Source: an uncultured Bdellovibrio sp.
Lineage (GTDB): Bacteria; Bdellovibrionota; Bdellovibrionia; Bdellovibrionales; Bdellovibrionaceae
DNA: 64,000 nucleotides
Reading direction: 5' to 3'
Assembly (NCBI GenBank): GCA_963932905.1
Contig: CAWVRN010000004.1
Coordinates: forward strand, 32,001 to 96,000
The translations under genes and the position numbers were made by a program. Of this stretch, positions 19,928 to 29,305 are shown in pieces. Under the pieces are notes generated by a model. The model made no database searches, was not told where the DNA came from, and was given only the letters and a program-made list of their open reading frames with translations. Positions within the stretch are counted from its first letter, which is position 1. Each line of letters starts with the position of its first letter.

Positions 19928-20187
19928 GAACTGGCTCCTTAGCTTGCGGCTAAGAAGCTAAAATCTACTGGAAAGACAGTCGTTTAGTTGAAATTTAAAA
20001 GCGCTGTCTTGAAACAGTTTTTCAAAAGAAAAATTATTATCCGAATTAACTCGGAATACATTCGAATTTCGATCCCTCAAAAAAAGCGAGCGTGTTGAAT
20101 CTTTCTGGATTTTAGATAGCACGTTTTAAATTCACTTGATTTGACAATATTTTACTTGGCCTTAGCCGCAGGCTAAGGGGCCAGTTC
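19928..20187. mobile_element. MITE/REPIN-like element, copy 2 (260 bp)
   Basis: Same termini and interior as copies 1 and 3, slightly more diverged; 3 bp from the aminotransferase stop. Confidence 0.9.
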
Positions 20188-20190
20188 AGA

Positions 20191-21072
20191 CTATTTTTGA
20201 TCGGCCTGCAGCACACTTCTCAGCCACAATGACTTTTCTGTTTGTAGCTTAGCTAAATCACCGATACGAGTCACCGGCATAACATCTAAAGTTGTGCCGA
20301 CAAGAAATACTTCGTCCGCTTGAATCAACTCTTCATATGAAAAATTTCTTTGTTGCCAAGTCATACCCAAGTTTTTTGGCAATAGTTCTGTCAAACGAAT
20401 CAGTGATGTTCCTCGCAGCGTGGAATCAAACAAAGGACTAACCATAGTATTGCCTTTGATAAAACTCAAATTTTCTGTCGAACTTTCTAAAACTTCACCA
20501 TTTTCACCAATACCGAAAGCGAAATCAAATCCGCTATCAATGGCTTCCTTTTTCATCAATACGTTCGGCAAATAGTTTAACGATTTCACTTGAGCAAAGA
20601 GACCTTTTTTCGGAGCAACCTCAGACTTTCTAATCGCGACGCCTTTTTGTACTTTGTCAGCGGGCCAATCTTTTAATTCTGTTGTGACGATATACATTTG
20701 CGAAGCTATACTTTCGTAGGGGCTAATACCAAAGCTGCCAGGGCCGCGGGTGACAAAAACTCGAATAATTCCTTGCGACGCTTTTGAAATCGACACAAGT
20801 TCAGCAATTTTATTTTTTATTTCCGAAATCGAAAGAGGTAAAGAAATCTTAATCTTGTCACAGCTTTTTTCAAGTCGTGAAAGATGAGGATCCAACAGCC
20901 AAATTTTATTTCCAATCCACTTAATGGCTTCAAACACACCATCACCGCGGTGAAACCCGTGATCATCAATTGGCACAACCATTTGCTTAGGATCAGTCGT
21001 TACTTGATTGTCGTAGGTAGAAAAGAAACTATAGAAACTGCGTTGATGATCTCTATTTGCCATATACAGCAT
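20191..21072 (-). CDS. Class IV PLP aminotransferase (IlvE/PabC/D-amino acid type)
   Basis: DHGFHRGDGVFE, HLSRL, VKSLNYL, ESSTEN, LRGTS, ADEVFL. Confidence 0.9.
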   Translation of the reverse strand: MLYMANRDHQRSFYSFFSTYDNQVTTDPKQMVVPIDDHGFHRGDGVFEAIKWIGNKIWLLDPHLSRLEKSCDKIKISLPLSISEIKNKIAELVSISKASQGIIRVFVTRGPGSFGISPYESIASQMYIVTTELKDWPADKVQKGVAIRKSEVAPKKGLFAQVKSLNYLPNVLMKKEAIDSGFDFAFGIGENGEVLESSTENLSFIKGNTMVSPLFDSTLRGTSLIRLTELLPKNLGMTWQQRNFSYEELIQADEVFLVGTTLDVMPVTRIGDLAKLQTEKSLWLRSVLQADQK

Positions 21073-21194
21073 TTTACTTTAACTCCAGTCGAAAGTCACT
21101 AGCCCTCGCTGCTGTTGACGAAAATATAAGACAACGCCAAAATTAACTAATCAGAAAAAAATAAAAGCCCACTGAAGGGATTTTGGAGAAGAAA

Positions 21195-22100
21195 ATGAAC
21201 TTTGTTAAAATTACGCTGCTAGGACTTTTGTCTGTAGCACTTGTTAACTGCGCCGACATGAAGAAACGAGAAGAGCAACAAAAAGCCACCTCTGCCATAG
21301 CGACTCCGGCACAAGCGACAGTAGCCGTTGTTGAACCGAAAAAAGAAGCCTCGTCAAAAGAACTAGAAGATCTAAAAGTATCTCTTAAAAAAGCAGAAGC
21401 GATCGCTAAGAAAGATGATCACACTGCGGCCCATGCGACCGAACATGCAGAACATGCTCGCAAAGCTGGCCCAGTACCGTCAGATAAAGCGCTCGGTTGG
21501 CTAAAAAATGGAAACGTACGTTACCTAAAAGGTTTCTTGCGTAGAGATGGCGCCTCTCAAAAAGATGTGGCTCGTTTGTCAACCGGACAAACCCCCCACA
21601 CGATTGTATTGTCATGCAGTGATTCACGTGTTCCACCAGAAGTGGTATTCGATCAAAAATTGGGCGAAATATTCGTAGTTAGAACAGCCGGCGAAATGGT
21701 CGATGATTCTGTGTTAGCTAGTATCGAATACGGAGTCGAGCATCTGGGTGCAAACTTAATCTTGGTGATGGGACACTCATCTTGCGGCGCTGTTAAGGCG
21801 GCGTTCACAACACCTCCCGGCACAGATACTGGCAGCCCTTATATCAATGCATTGGTTGCAGAAGTTCAACCACGCATCGAAAAACGTATGAGAAATCCCG
21901 CTTCACCGGGTTTCGTTGCTGAAGGTTGGGAGAACGCTCGCGGTGTTTCGATCAAACTGATGGAAAAATCAAAAATCATCCGCGACGCTGTTAAATCGGG
22001 ATCTCTTCGTGTTGAAACAGCTCTTTACCACTTGGATTCAGGAAAAGTAGAATGGAATGATGCTGCAGACACTAAAGAAGCAAAAAAAGACGCTAAATAA
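21195..22100 (+). CDS. Beta-class carbonic anhydrase, lipoprotein
   Basis: CSDSRVPPE, GEIFVVRTAG, GHSSCGAV; lipobox LVNC; GGAG RBS before ATG 21195. Confidence 0.9.
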   Translation: MNFVKITLLGLLSVALVNCADMKKREEQQKATSAIATPAQATVAVVEPKKEASSKELEDLKVSLKKAEAIAKKDDHTAAHATEHAEHARKAGPVPSDKALGWLKNGNVRYLKGFLRRDGASQKDVARLSTGQTPHTIVLSCSDSRVPPEVVFDQKLGEIFVVRTAGEMVDDSVLASIEYGVEHLGANLILVMGHSSCGAVKAAFTTPPGTDTGSPYINALVAEVQPRIEKRMRNPASPGFVAEGWENARGVSIKLMEKSKIIRDAVKSGSLRVETALYHLDSGKVEWNDAADTKEAKKDAK

Positions 22101-22171
22101 GTGCTTTCAAAGTAGCATTTTAGTTATTTAAATTTACATACGCGATACTTTTTGTGTACTCTGTACCTGTT

Positions 22172-22201
22172 AAAGGCGCTCCATTGGCGCCTTTTTCTTT
22201 T
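22172..22201 (+). terminator. Intrinsic terminator
   Basis: AAAGGCGC-tccattg-GCGCCTTT followed by T tract. Confidence 0.7.
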
Positions 22202-22275
22202 ACACGTTTAACTTGTCCGCTGAGCGTGTCAGCTTAGCTGGTCCGTTTAACATTGGAACGGAAAAGAGGTATCAG

Positions 22276-24348
22276 ATGAAAACGAAAAAGATATTAGCTA
22301 CCGCCGCCCTACCCTATGCCAACGGTGAAGTTCACTTAGGCCATTTACTGGAACACTTACAAGTCGACATTTGGTGCCGCTCGCAAAGAATGAGTGGCCA
22401 TGATTGTATTTTTATTTGCGCTGACGACACGCACGGCACTCCCATCATGATTCGCGCACGTGAAGAAGGTATTACCCCCGAGCAATTAATAGCACGCGCT
22501 CACCAAGAACATGAAAAAGATTTCAAAGATTTATTAATCAACCATAGCGTTTATGCTTCAACCAACTCGCCTGAAAACAAAGAACTGTGCGAAGAATTCT
22601 ATGGCAAAATGAAAGCAAAAGGCCACATCACGACTCGTCCAGTGGAACAACAATACTGTACCCACGATAAAATGTTTCTACCCGATCGTTTCGTTAAAGG
22701 CACCTGCCCGAACTGCGGCGCTTTAGATCAATACGGGGATTCGTGTGAAGTGTGCGGTGCTACCTACAACCCAAGCGAATTAAAAAATCCACATTGTTAC
22801 CTGTGTGGCACAGAGCCGGTCAAAAAGTCGTCGGATCACTATTTCTTTAAATTAAATGATTTCAAAGATTACTTAATCGATTGGTTGCCTAAACACACGC
22901 AATCTGAAGTTGGCGCAAAAATGATGGAATGGTTCAATGAACCACTTCGCGATTGGGATATTTCGCGCGATGCCCCTTATTTTGGTTTTGCGATTCCAGG
23001 TGCCCCCGACAAATTCTTTTACGTCTGGGTGGATGCTCCGATGGGGTATGTGTCTTCAACAAAAATATACTGTAAACAAAATAACGTCTCGTTTGATGAC
23101 TATTGGAAAACCGACTCGAAAGCGGAAGTTTACCATTTCATCGGTAAAGACATTACATACTTCCACACGTTGTTCTGGCCCGCATTGTTGAAAAGCGCAG
23201 ATTTTAGAACACCGACGGCGGTTCATGCCCATGGCTTCATTACTTTAAATGGCGAACGCATGAGCAAATCACGCGGTAATTTTATCTCTATCCGCACGTA
23301 TCTAAATCACTTAGCACCAGAGTACGCTCGCTATTATCTAGCGACGAAATTAAACTCTAAGGTTGAAGACATGGATTTCAATTTGGAAGACTTCCAAGGC
23401 AAAGTGAATTCAGACCTCGTGGGTAAGATCACAAACTTAGGTTCGCGTGGTGCTTCGATGATTAACAAAAACTTCGAATCTAAATTATCGGAACCAGATG
23501 CCGCGGGCGCGCAGTTATTAAAAGAAGCGCAAATGGCCAGTGAAGTGATTGAAAAACACTATGCTGAACGCGAATTTTCAAAGGTGACGAATGAAATTCG
23601 ATTGATAACAGATAAAGCGAATAAATACTTTGACGACAATGCCCCTTGGAAACTGGTTTCAACTGATCCGGTGCTGACTCAAAAAGTATTAACGACCACG
23701 TTAAACTTGTTCCGTATGATTTCGATTTATTTGACTCCGGTACTACCATCGTTCAGCGAAAAGGTAGCGGCGCTATTTAATGAAAAACCGTACACTGAAT
23801 TTGGGTCGGCAACAAACGTGTTGAAAAATACGCAAATCCAAACGTACCAACACTTAATGACTCGTATCGATCCTAAAAACGTAGCGGCGATGATGGCCGA
23901 AGCTAAAAGCGTTGCCGAAAAATTGCAGGCATTGAAAGCCAAAGCAAAAACAGGAACGAAAGCCGCAACGACAGGAACACCGGCAAAGACAGACGCTAAA
24001 GCGGCAACCGCTGAAGGTACGGGAAAAATTACCATCGATGATTTCATGAAAGTCGATTTGCGTGTGGCTCAAATTATCGAAGCTGAAATTATACCGGAAG
24101 CCGACAAATTGTTGCGATTAAAAGTCAGTCTCGGTGAAGAAACCCGTCAGATCATTGCAGGCATTCGTTCCGCCTATAAACCTGAAGATTTAAAAGGTCG
24201 CCTAACCGTGATCGTTGCCAATCTTGAGCCGCGCAAAATGAAGTTCGGCATGTCGGAAGGTATGGTTTTAGCCGCTGGTGCCGGTGGATCTGATTTATTT
24301 ATCCTAAGCCCTGATTCCGGCGCTAAACCAGGTCAAAAGATCAAGTAG
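22276..24348 (+). CDS. metG: Methionine--tRNA ligase with C-terminal tRNA-binding domain
   Basis: ALPYANGEVHLGH, Zn knuckles, RMSKSRG, C-terminal OB fold; GAGG RBS. Confidence 0.97.
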   Translation: MKTKKILATAALPYANGEVHLGHLLEHLQVDIWCRSQRMSGHDCIFICADDTHGTPIMIRAREEGITPEQLIARAHQEHEKDFKDLLINHSVYASTNSPENKELCEEFYGKMKAKGHITTRPVEQQYCTHDKMFLPDRFVKGTCPNCGALDQYGDSCEVCGATYNPSELKNPHCYLCGTEPVKKSSDHYFFKLNDFKDYLIDWLPKHTQSEVGAKMMEWFNEPLRDWDISRDAPYFGFAIPGAPDKFFYVWVDAPMGYVSSTKIYCKQNNVSFDDYWKTDSKAEVYHFIGKDITYFHTLFWPALLKSADFRTPTAVHAHGFITLNGERMSKSRGNFISIRTYLNHLAPEYARYYLATKLNSKVEDMDFNLEDFQGKVNSDLVGKITNLGSRGASMINKNFESKLSEPDAAGAQLLKEAQMASEVIEKHYAEREFSKVTNEIRLITDKANKYFDDNAPWKLVSTDPVLTQKVLTTTLNLFRMISIYLTPVLPSFSEKVAALFNEKPYTEFGSATNVLKNTQIQTYQHLMTRIDPKNVAAMMAEAKSVAEKLQALKAKAKTGTKAATTGTPAKTDAKAATAEGTGKITIDDFMKVDLRVAQIIEAEIIPEADKLLRLKVSLGEETRQIIAGIRSAYKPEDLKGRLTVIVANLEPRKMKFGMSEGMVLAAGAGGSDLFILSPDSGAKPGQKIK

Positions 24349-24357
24349 ACAAGCGAT

Positions 24358-25146
24358 ATGAGCCATAAAGCAGAACGTGCTGTAAAATTTATCCATGAGC
24401 TTTTCTTAGAGATTGAGAAAAGCCATCCTGAAACCGGATTTAATACGCCTCTTTTTGATCAACTGATCGAGGCTCTGTATGTTTACCGCGATCATAAAGA
24501 CGTCGAGCTTTTTAAAATCTATTCGATCAGTCAGCATTTAAAAAAAGATATGACTCTACGGGATTTTCTATATTGGATAGTCCCGGTGGAACGCTACTTA
24601 AATAAAAATCTTAAGGACGAAGATTTTATCATCTACAACAAAGATGATAAATCGATGGAAAAAAAGAAAAATACGATTCCGCTCACAATTATTTTAGATA
24701 ATATCCGCAGCAGTTTTAACGTGGGATCTGTATTTAGAACCAGTGAAGCATTCAACGTTGAGAAAATTTTTCTAGCCGGCTATTCACCCGATCCTTCCAA
24801 TCCAAAAACTCAAAAAACAACACTGGGTAGTCACGAATATGTTGCTTGGGAAAACCATGCGAAGTGCTTGGATTTGATTACCGATTTAAAAGTGCAAGGC
24901 TACTGGGTGATCGCTGCAGAAACGACCAACCATGCTATTTCTTTAGAGAAGCCATTTAAGTTCGATAAAAGAACAGCGTTTGTTTTTGGTAACGAACGTT
25001 TCGGTATGGATCCTCAAGTGATTGAAGCGTGCCATGAAACACGTAAAGTACCTCTTGGAGGGATTAAAAATTCTTTGAACATTGCCAACGCCGCTAGCAT
25101 CTGTATCTACGAATTTGCAAAGCAGTATCATGCATGGAAAGTTTAA
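24358..25146 (+). CDS. SpoU/TrmH-family RNA methyltransferase with N-terminal extension
   Basis: LDNIRSSFNVGSVFRT, FGNERFG, SLNIANAASI. Confidence 0.9.
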   Translation: MSHKAERAVKFIHELFLEIEKSHPETGFNTPLFDQLIEALYVYRDHKDVELFKIYSISQHLKKDMTLRDFLYWIVPVERYLNKNLKDEDFIIYNKDDKSMEKKKNTIPLTIILDNIRSSFNVGSVFRTSEAFNVEKIFLAGYSPDPSNPKTQKTTLGSHEYVAWENHAKCLDLITDLKVQGYWVIAAETTNHAISLEKPFKFDKRTAFVFGNERFGMDPQVIEACHETRKVPLGGIKNSLNIANAASICIYEFAKQYHAWKV

Positions 25147-25916
25147 ACTTTAAACCCATTGGTTATTTCCGCAATTCGATGGACAACCCTAATGAGGCTC
25201 CACGTCAGCCCAATCCAGATTTAATTGAAACAGCGGGATACATTGAACTCTCTTCAGGTCAGCACTTCGAAGATGCACTTCGTGATCTGGATGGCTTCAC
25301 AAAAATCTGGGTTATTTTTCAATTCCACAAAAATGATCACTGGAATCCGTTGGTGCAACCTCCCCGAGGCAGCGATAAAAAACGCGGCGTGTTTGCAACA
25401 CGTTCACCTCATCGCCCCAACCCGATCGGCATGAGTGTCCTAGATTTAATCTCAATTGATGGATTAAAAATTACTACGGGTCCAACTGATTTACTCAACG
25501 GCACTCCGATACTGGATATCAAACCGTACCTACCCTACGTTGATGCTCATCCTGGTGAAAAAATCGGTTGGCTAGAAGAATCGTCCGGCGAAAAATATTC
25601 GGTCTTATGGAGTTTACACGCGCAAAATCAATTAGATTTTTTGGAAAACCAAGGTTTAACTCAGTTGCGTGGTTTTGCCCTCAACCAACTTGAATACGAT
25701 CCCACAGATCCAAAGAAGAAACGACTTTATTTCGTGCAAGATAAGATATTATTGGCGTATCGAACTTGGCGCGTTCATATTAAGGTCGATAAAGCGACCA
25801 AGACAGTGGTTATACAATCTATTCAAAGTGGTTATTCCACCGACGAGCTTATGTCCCTAGATGACCCGTACAATGATAAAACTTTACATAGACTCTACAC
25901 AAAGATAACGATCTAG
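25134..25916 (+). CDS. trmO: tRNA m6t6A37 methyltransferase TrmO (TsaA)
   Basis: APRQP, GVFATRSPHRPNPIGMS, GTPILDIKPY. Confidence 0.9.
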   Translation: MESLNFKPIGYFRNSMDNPNEAPRQPNPDLIETAGYIELSSGQHFEDALRDLDGFTKIWVIFQFHKNDHWNPLVQPPRGSDKKRGVFATRSPHRPNPIGMSVLDLISIDGLKITTGPTDLLNGTPILDIKPYLPYVDAHPGEKIGWLEESSGEKYSVLWSLHAQNQLDFLENQGLTQLRGFALNQLEYDPTDPKKKRLYFVQDKILLAYRTWRVHIKVDKATKTVVIQSIQSGYSTDELMSLDDPYNDKTLHRLYTKITI

Positions 25917-26299
25917 TTTTTCTCATCGTCCACAAAAGAAAACACTATGTTTTTTCGACTAATGTATACTTTATCCTCACTATATTTCAGTGGCGGTGGG
26001 TCTAACTTCATGCTTTTTAAGTTACTTAGATAGCATTCATCAATTTCTGGAACACCAAAACTACCGGAGACTACTTTGGATGCATGAGTCGAACCACTTT
26101 CATCGACTACAATGTCGAAAATAACTGAAGATTCTTTTTTCAAGTACTTTTCAGAACACTTTCGAGCTTCTTTAAGAGCTAAATGAACTTGTTTCGATAA
26201 ATATTGATCATATTTATAGCGTGGCCAGCTCTCACAGCCAGTGATCACAAAAACAGCCGTTAACACACTCACTAACGATAAATAGTTCTTTCCAAACAT
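25913..26299 (-). CDS. Small lipoprotein with TonB-C/AgmX-like domain
   Basis: Lipobox ITGC; C...FDIVVDESG...ECYLSNLKSMKLDPPP; AGGAG RBS before ATG 26299. Confidence 0.6.
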   Translation of the reverse strand: MFGKNYLSLVSVLTAVFVITGCESWPRYKYDQYLSKQVHLALKEARKCSEKYLKKESSVIFDIVVDESGSTHASKVVSGSFGVPEIDECYLSNLKSMKLDPPPLKYSEDKVYISRKNIVFSFVDDEKN

Positions 26300-26347
26300 A
26301 AATGATTCTCCTAGCCTGTTGGTCGACAGTAACAAGGGGATAAATAA

Positions 26348-26686
26348 ATGAAAACATTATTTGCAACATTTACCGTACTTTTCGTAACAGCATCCGGTTA
26401 CGGTATCACTTTGGATTGTTCGGCCAGCCACAATACTAAAGTAATCTACACTCAACGAATCAATATCGACACACGTTCTCGTGGTGAAGTAAAATTGCCT
26501 CAGGTAGACTACATCACTCCGAAATTAAAATCGATGGGCAACAACCAATATGAAATCGAAGTTTTCAATCCGAATGTACCTGCTCGCTACTATTCAACCG
26601 CGGTGCTAAAAACAGCCGGTGACTTTGTAAAATGGGCCAGCTGGGACAGAGACGCCATTTTTGAAATCGGTTGTGTTCAAAGATAG
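26348..26686 (+). CDS. Small secreted hypothetical protein
   Basis: AAGGGG RBS, signal peptide, terminal Cys pair. Confidence 0.75.
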   Translation: MKTLFATFTVLFVTASGYGITLDCSASHNTKVIYTQRINIDTRSRGEVKLPQVDYITPKLKSMGNNQYEIEVFNPNVPARYYSTAVLKTAGDFVKWASWDRDAIFEIGCVQR

Positions 26687-26689
26687 AAA

Positions 26690-27967
26690 TTAGGTGGCTG
26701 CCTGAGGGTTTTGAATGTCATCATCTTTAGGCTTAATAACTCGATTTAAAAGAACGGCGCTAAAGACAACACGCAAAAATCCGCCTAACAAGAACAAGGT
26801 CACAAAGTTCTGATACGTTGGCGAAAAGTTTCGAATGAAGCTGGCCCCCAGAAATGTTCCCACAATCACCGCACACGACATCACAAAATTATAAAGTGAA
26901 ACGAACGATATTCGATTTTTAATATTTTGATTTTTAAACAACAAAAGCTGCGTCCCTACTTCGTAAAAAGCCCAAGCAAAACCGCTAAAAAACTGTAGCA
27001 GCAAAATAAAAATATAGTCCTTCGACAACCCCCAAAACATGGGACCTGGAGAAATCAGAAATACTCCCCAGAAGAAAATCTGATTCGGCGACATCATTTT
27101 TCCTTTAATTTCTAAAAAGATAGCCCCTAATATTTTTCCGGCGAGCAAGGCAATCAAAGCACCCATGTAGTCAGAATAATCCATCTTCACCTGCGATAAT
27201 AAAAATGGGCTTACAAAAGGCGCTGAAATATACACACAGGCATAGAACGGAAATAAACCCAAGATAAATTTACTCGCATCCGATCCTGAGGTTAGAAACT
27301 TTAAGTACTCTCTAAATGAGACCTTTTCGGTAGCCACATTATTATCCCACTCAACGACATATTCTTTCTGACTCAAAATCACGCTTGAAATCATTCGACA
27401 CACAAACGCAATCAAAAAAAGTAAAGTAAAGAATCCCGAGAAAGGGCCGATCTCAACTTTATAGTGCAGTGATAAACCACCGCCCACAAGACCTATAAAA
27501 ACACCCAATTGAGCCACCCGTGAACGCAAAGAAAAATATTGATTCTTGATATCATCTGGCACCAAATGATTCATCCAATGCGTCCAATAAGGATTGATTG
27601 AAAAACCACTCGTCCAATACAAAGTAAATATCAAAATCAGAATCCAAAAATTTGGTTTATGGTGAGTTTCAAAATAGATTAACGGTAAAAACACCATCGC
27701 CTGCAAAGCGGCCGATAGAACCATCCAACGTTTTGGTTTCCTGGTTTTCTGAATAATGGTAGGAGTGAACAATTGCAAGAACGCACCCGTAATTAATGGC
27801 AAACTAGTCAGTACGCCCGCGGCGACATCACTGTAACCTAACGCCAGTGCGTACGCCGGCAAATAAGACTCACCGGCACCCACCATGATCGAATATAGAA
27901 GTGCATCTATCAAACTGAGCTTCAGTGATTTACCAAACTTCTGATCTTTGTAAAAATCGTTTCCCAT
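26690..27967 (-). CDS. MFS transporter
   Basis: 425 aa with about 12 hydrophobic segments. Confidence 0.8.
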   Translation of the reverse strand: MGNDFYKDQKFGKSLKLSLIDALLYSIMVGAGESYLPAYALALGYSDVAAGVLTSLPLITGAFLQLFTPTIIQKTRKPKRWMVLSAALQAMVFLPLIYFETHHKPNFWILILIFTLYWTSGFSINPYWTHWMNHLVPDDIKNQYFSLRSRVAQLGVFIGLVGGGLSLHYKVEIGPFSGFFTLLFLIAFVCRMISSVILSQKEYVVEWDNNVATEKVSFREYLKFLTSGSDASKFILGLFPFYACVYISAPFVSPFLLSQVKMDYSDYMGALIALLAGKILGAIFLEIKGKMMSPNQIFFWGVFLISPGPMFWGLSKDYIFILLLQFFSGFAWAFYEVGTQLLLFKNQNIKNRISFVSLYNFVMSCAVIVGTFLGASFIRNFSPTYQNFVTLFLLGGFLRVVFSAVLLNRVIKPKDDDIQNPQAAT

Positions 27968-28018
27968 GGGTCTTTTATGAAGAGGATTGCAATAAGGCTC
28001 TTATATTTAAAGTATAAA

Positions 28019-28648
28019 TTAAAAACCGAAAAGAGGTAATAGTTTGTCGTAATACTTATCAATACCAATGATAACACCAGCCCCAAGGCTGGCAAAGAAA
28101 ACGATAGCAAATAGAAACGAAAAGAAACTCAAACAAATAATCACTCCATCTTCCTCCAGTTGGCCGATGGTATTTAGGACAATCGGTACAGTCGGGATCG
28201 TATTTGAAAATGGAATTGGCAACGGCAAGGCTAGCAAAATAGCCGAGATCGCCACAAGAAAAAAATTTATCACTCGAAATGTATGAGAATCATGAAGCCT
28301 AGGCCAGCGAGGTTCTATAACTTTTTCAAAAAAACCCCATATCTTTTGTATCAATTCGATAGTTTTAGTCAATATAGGCTTAGGAACAACTAAATGAGAA
28401 AATCGCTTTGGCAACCAAGGCGGTTTCTCACGCATGAAATAGAAAGCGACGATTATAATTAACGCCCCCAGCGGCGTCGATAACCCGACCAAAGGTACTG
28501 GTTGTAGAAAAGGCACACTGAAAAATAGTATAAGGATCAGATGACCTTTCTCACCCAACATCAGAAATATATCATTGATCGTCACGTCCGATGCGTCGGC
28601 AGATGCGCTGACTTTTTCCAGTGCTTCGATAAAATGACTTTTAGGCAA
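28019..28648 (-). CDS. exoD: ExoD-family membrane protein
   Basis: PVPLVGLSTPLG, PWLP, LPLPIPFSNTIP, EEDG. Confidence 0.85.
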   Translation of the reverse strand: MPKSHFIEALEKVSASADASDVTINDIFLMLGEKGHLILILFFSVPFLQPVPLVGLSTPLGALIIIVAFYFMREKPPWLPKRFSHLVVPKPILTKTIELIQKIWGFFEKVIEPRWPRLHDSHTFRVINFFLVAISAILLALPLPIPFSNTIPTVPIVLNTIGQLEEDGVIICLSFFSFLFAIVFFASLGAGVIIGIDKYYDKLLPLFGF

Positions 28649-28777
28649 ACGCTTTACCTTTACGACGTAAAAATTTTAGATTTAGATCCACTTATGTAAC
28701 TTTAAATGAACTCATAGGGATTGGAAGATATTTTTTAGCGACATTCTTTTAGTCATGCTATTCGGCACAAAATATTA

Positions 28778-29305
28778 TCATAGCGCACTAATAATTTCAG
28801 AGGTAGTGAAACCACGGCGCAAACCATCCACGAGTCTTTCTCTGACTTGGCGATAGAGTTCAGCCTCTGGTTTATCCGCATTTTTGTTTAGGACATTCGC
28901 CAATGCTTGTACATTATTTAGTGTGATTTCTGAAGATCCAGATGATTTTAATAGTCGACGAGAAACTACTAGCCGAGTCGGTGTATAATTCGAGTAAAAC
29001 TGAGAGCGCGGAGAATTTACACCTTTGGTGCTAATTTGAGTATATGTCATCCCCCCGGGTCTCATTATAGCCATTAACATAATCATTTCGACATCACTAA
29101 ACTCAGGGAAAAGCTTGCTTAAATACGGATAATAACTCTCAACTGAAAAAGTAATATTATCTGTCGCCTGTTTTTTAATAATATCAAGAACAGTAACAGC
29201 TCGATCATTAAGGTAGAATTGCTTACACAAAGCACTTTCAACCACACCGGCCGGACTTATAGACTGCATTAACAAAACAAATAAAAATAAAATTTTAGTC
29301 TTCAT
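28778..29305 (-). CDS. Secreted hypothetical protein
   Basis: MKTKILFLFVLL signal peptide then CKQFY; start overlaps the end of the upstream gene. Confidence 0.7.
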   Translation of the reverse strand: MKTKILFLFVLLMQSISPAGVVESALCKQFYLNDRAVTVLDIIKKQATDNITFSVESYYPYLSKLFPEFSDVEMIMLMAIMRPGGMTYTQISTKGVNSPRSQFYSNYTPTRLVVSRRLLKSSGSSEITLNNVQALANVLNKNADKPEAELYRQVRERLVDGLRRGFTTSEIISAL

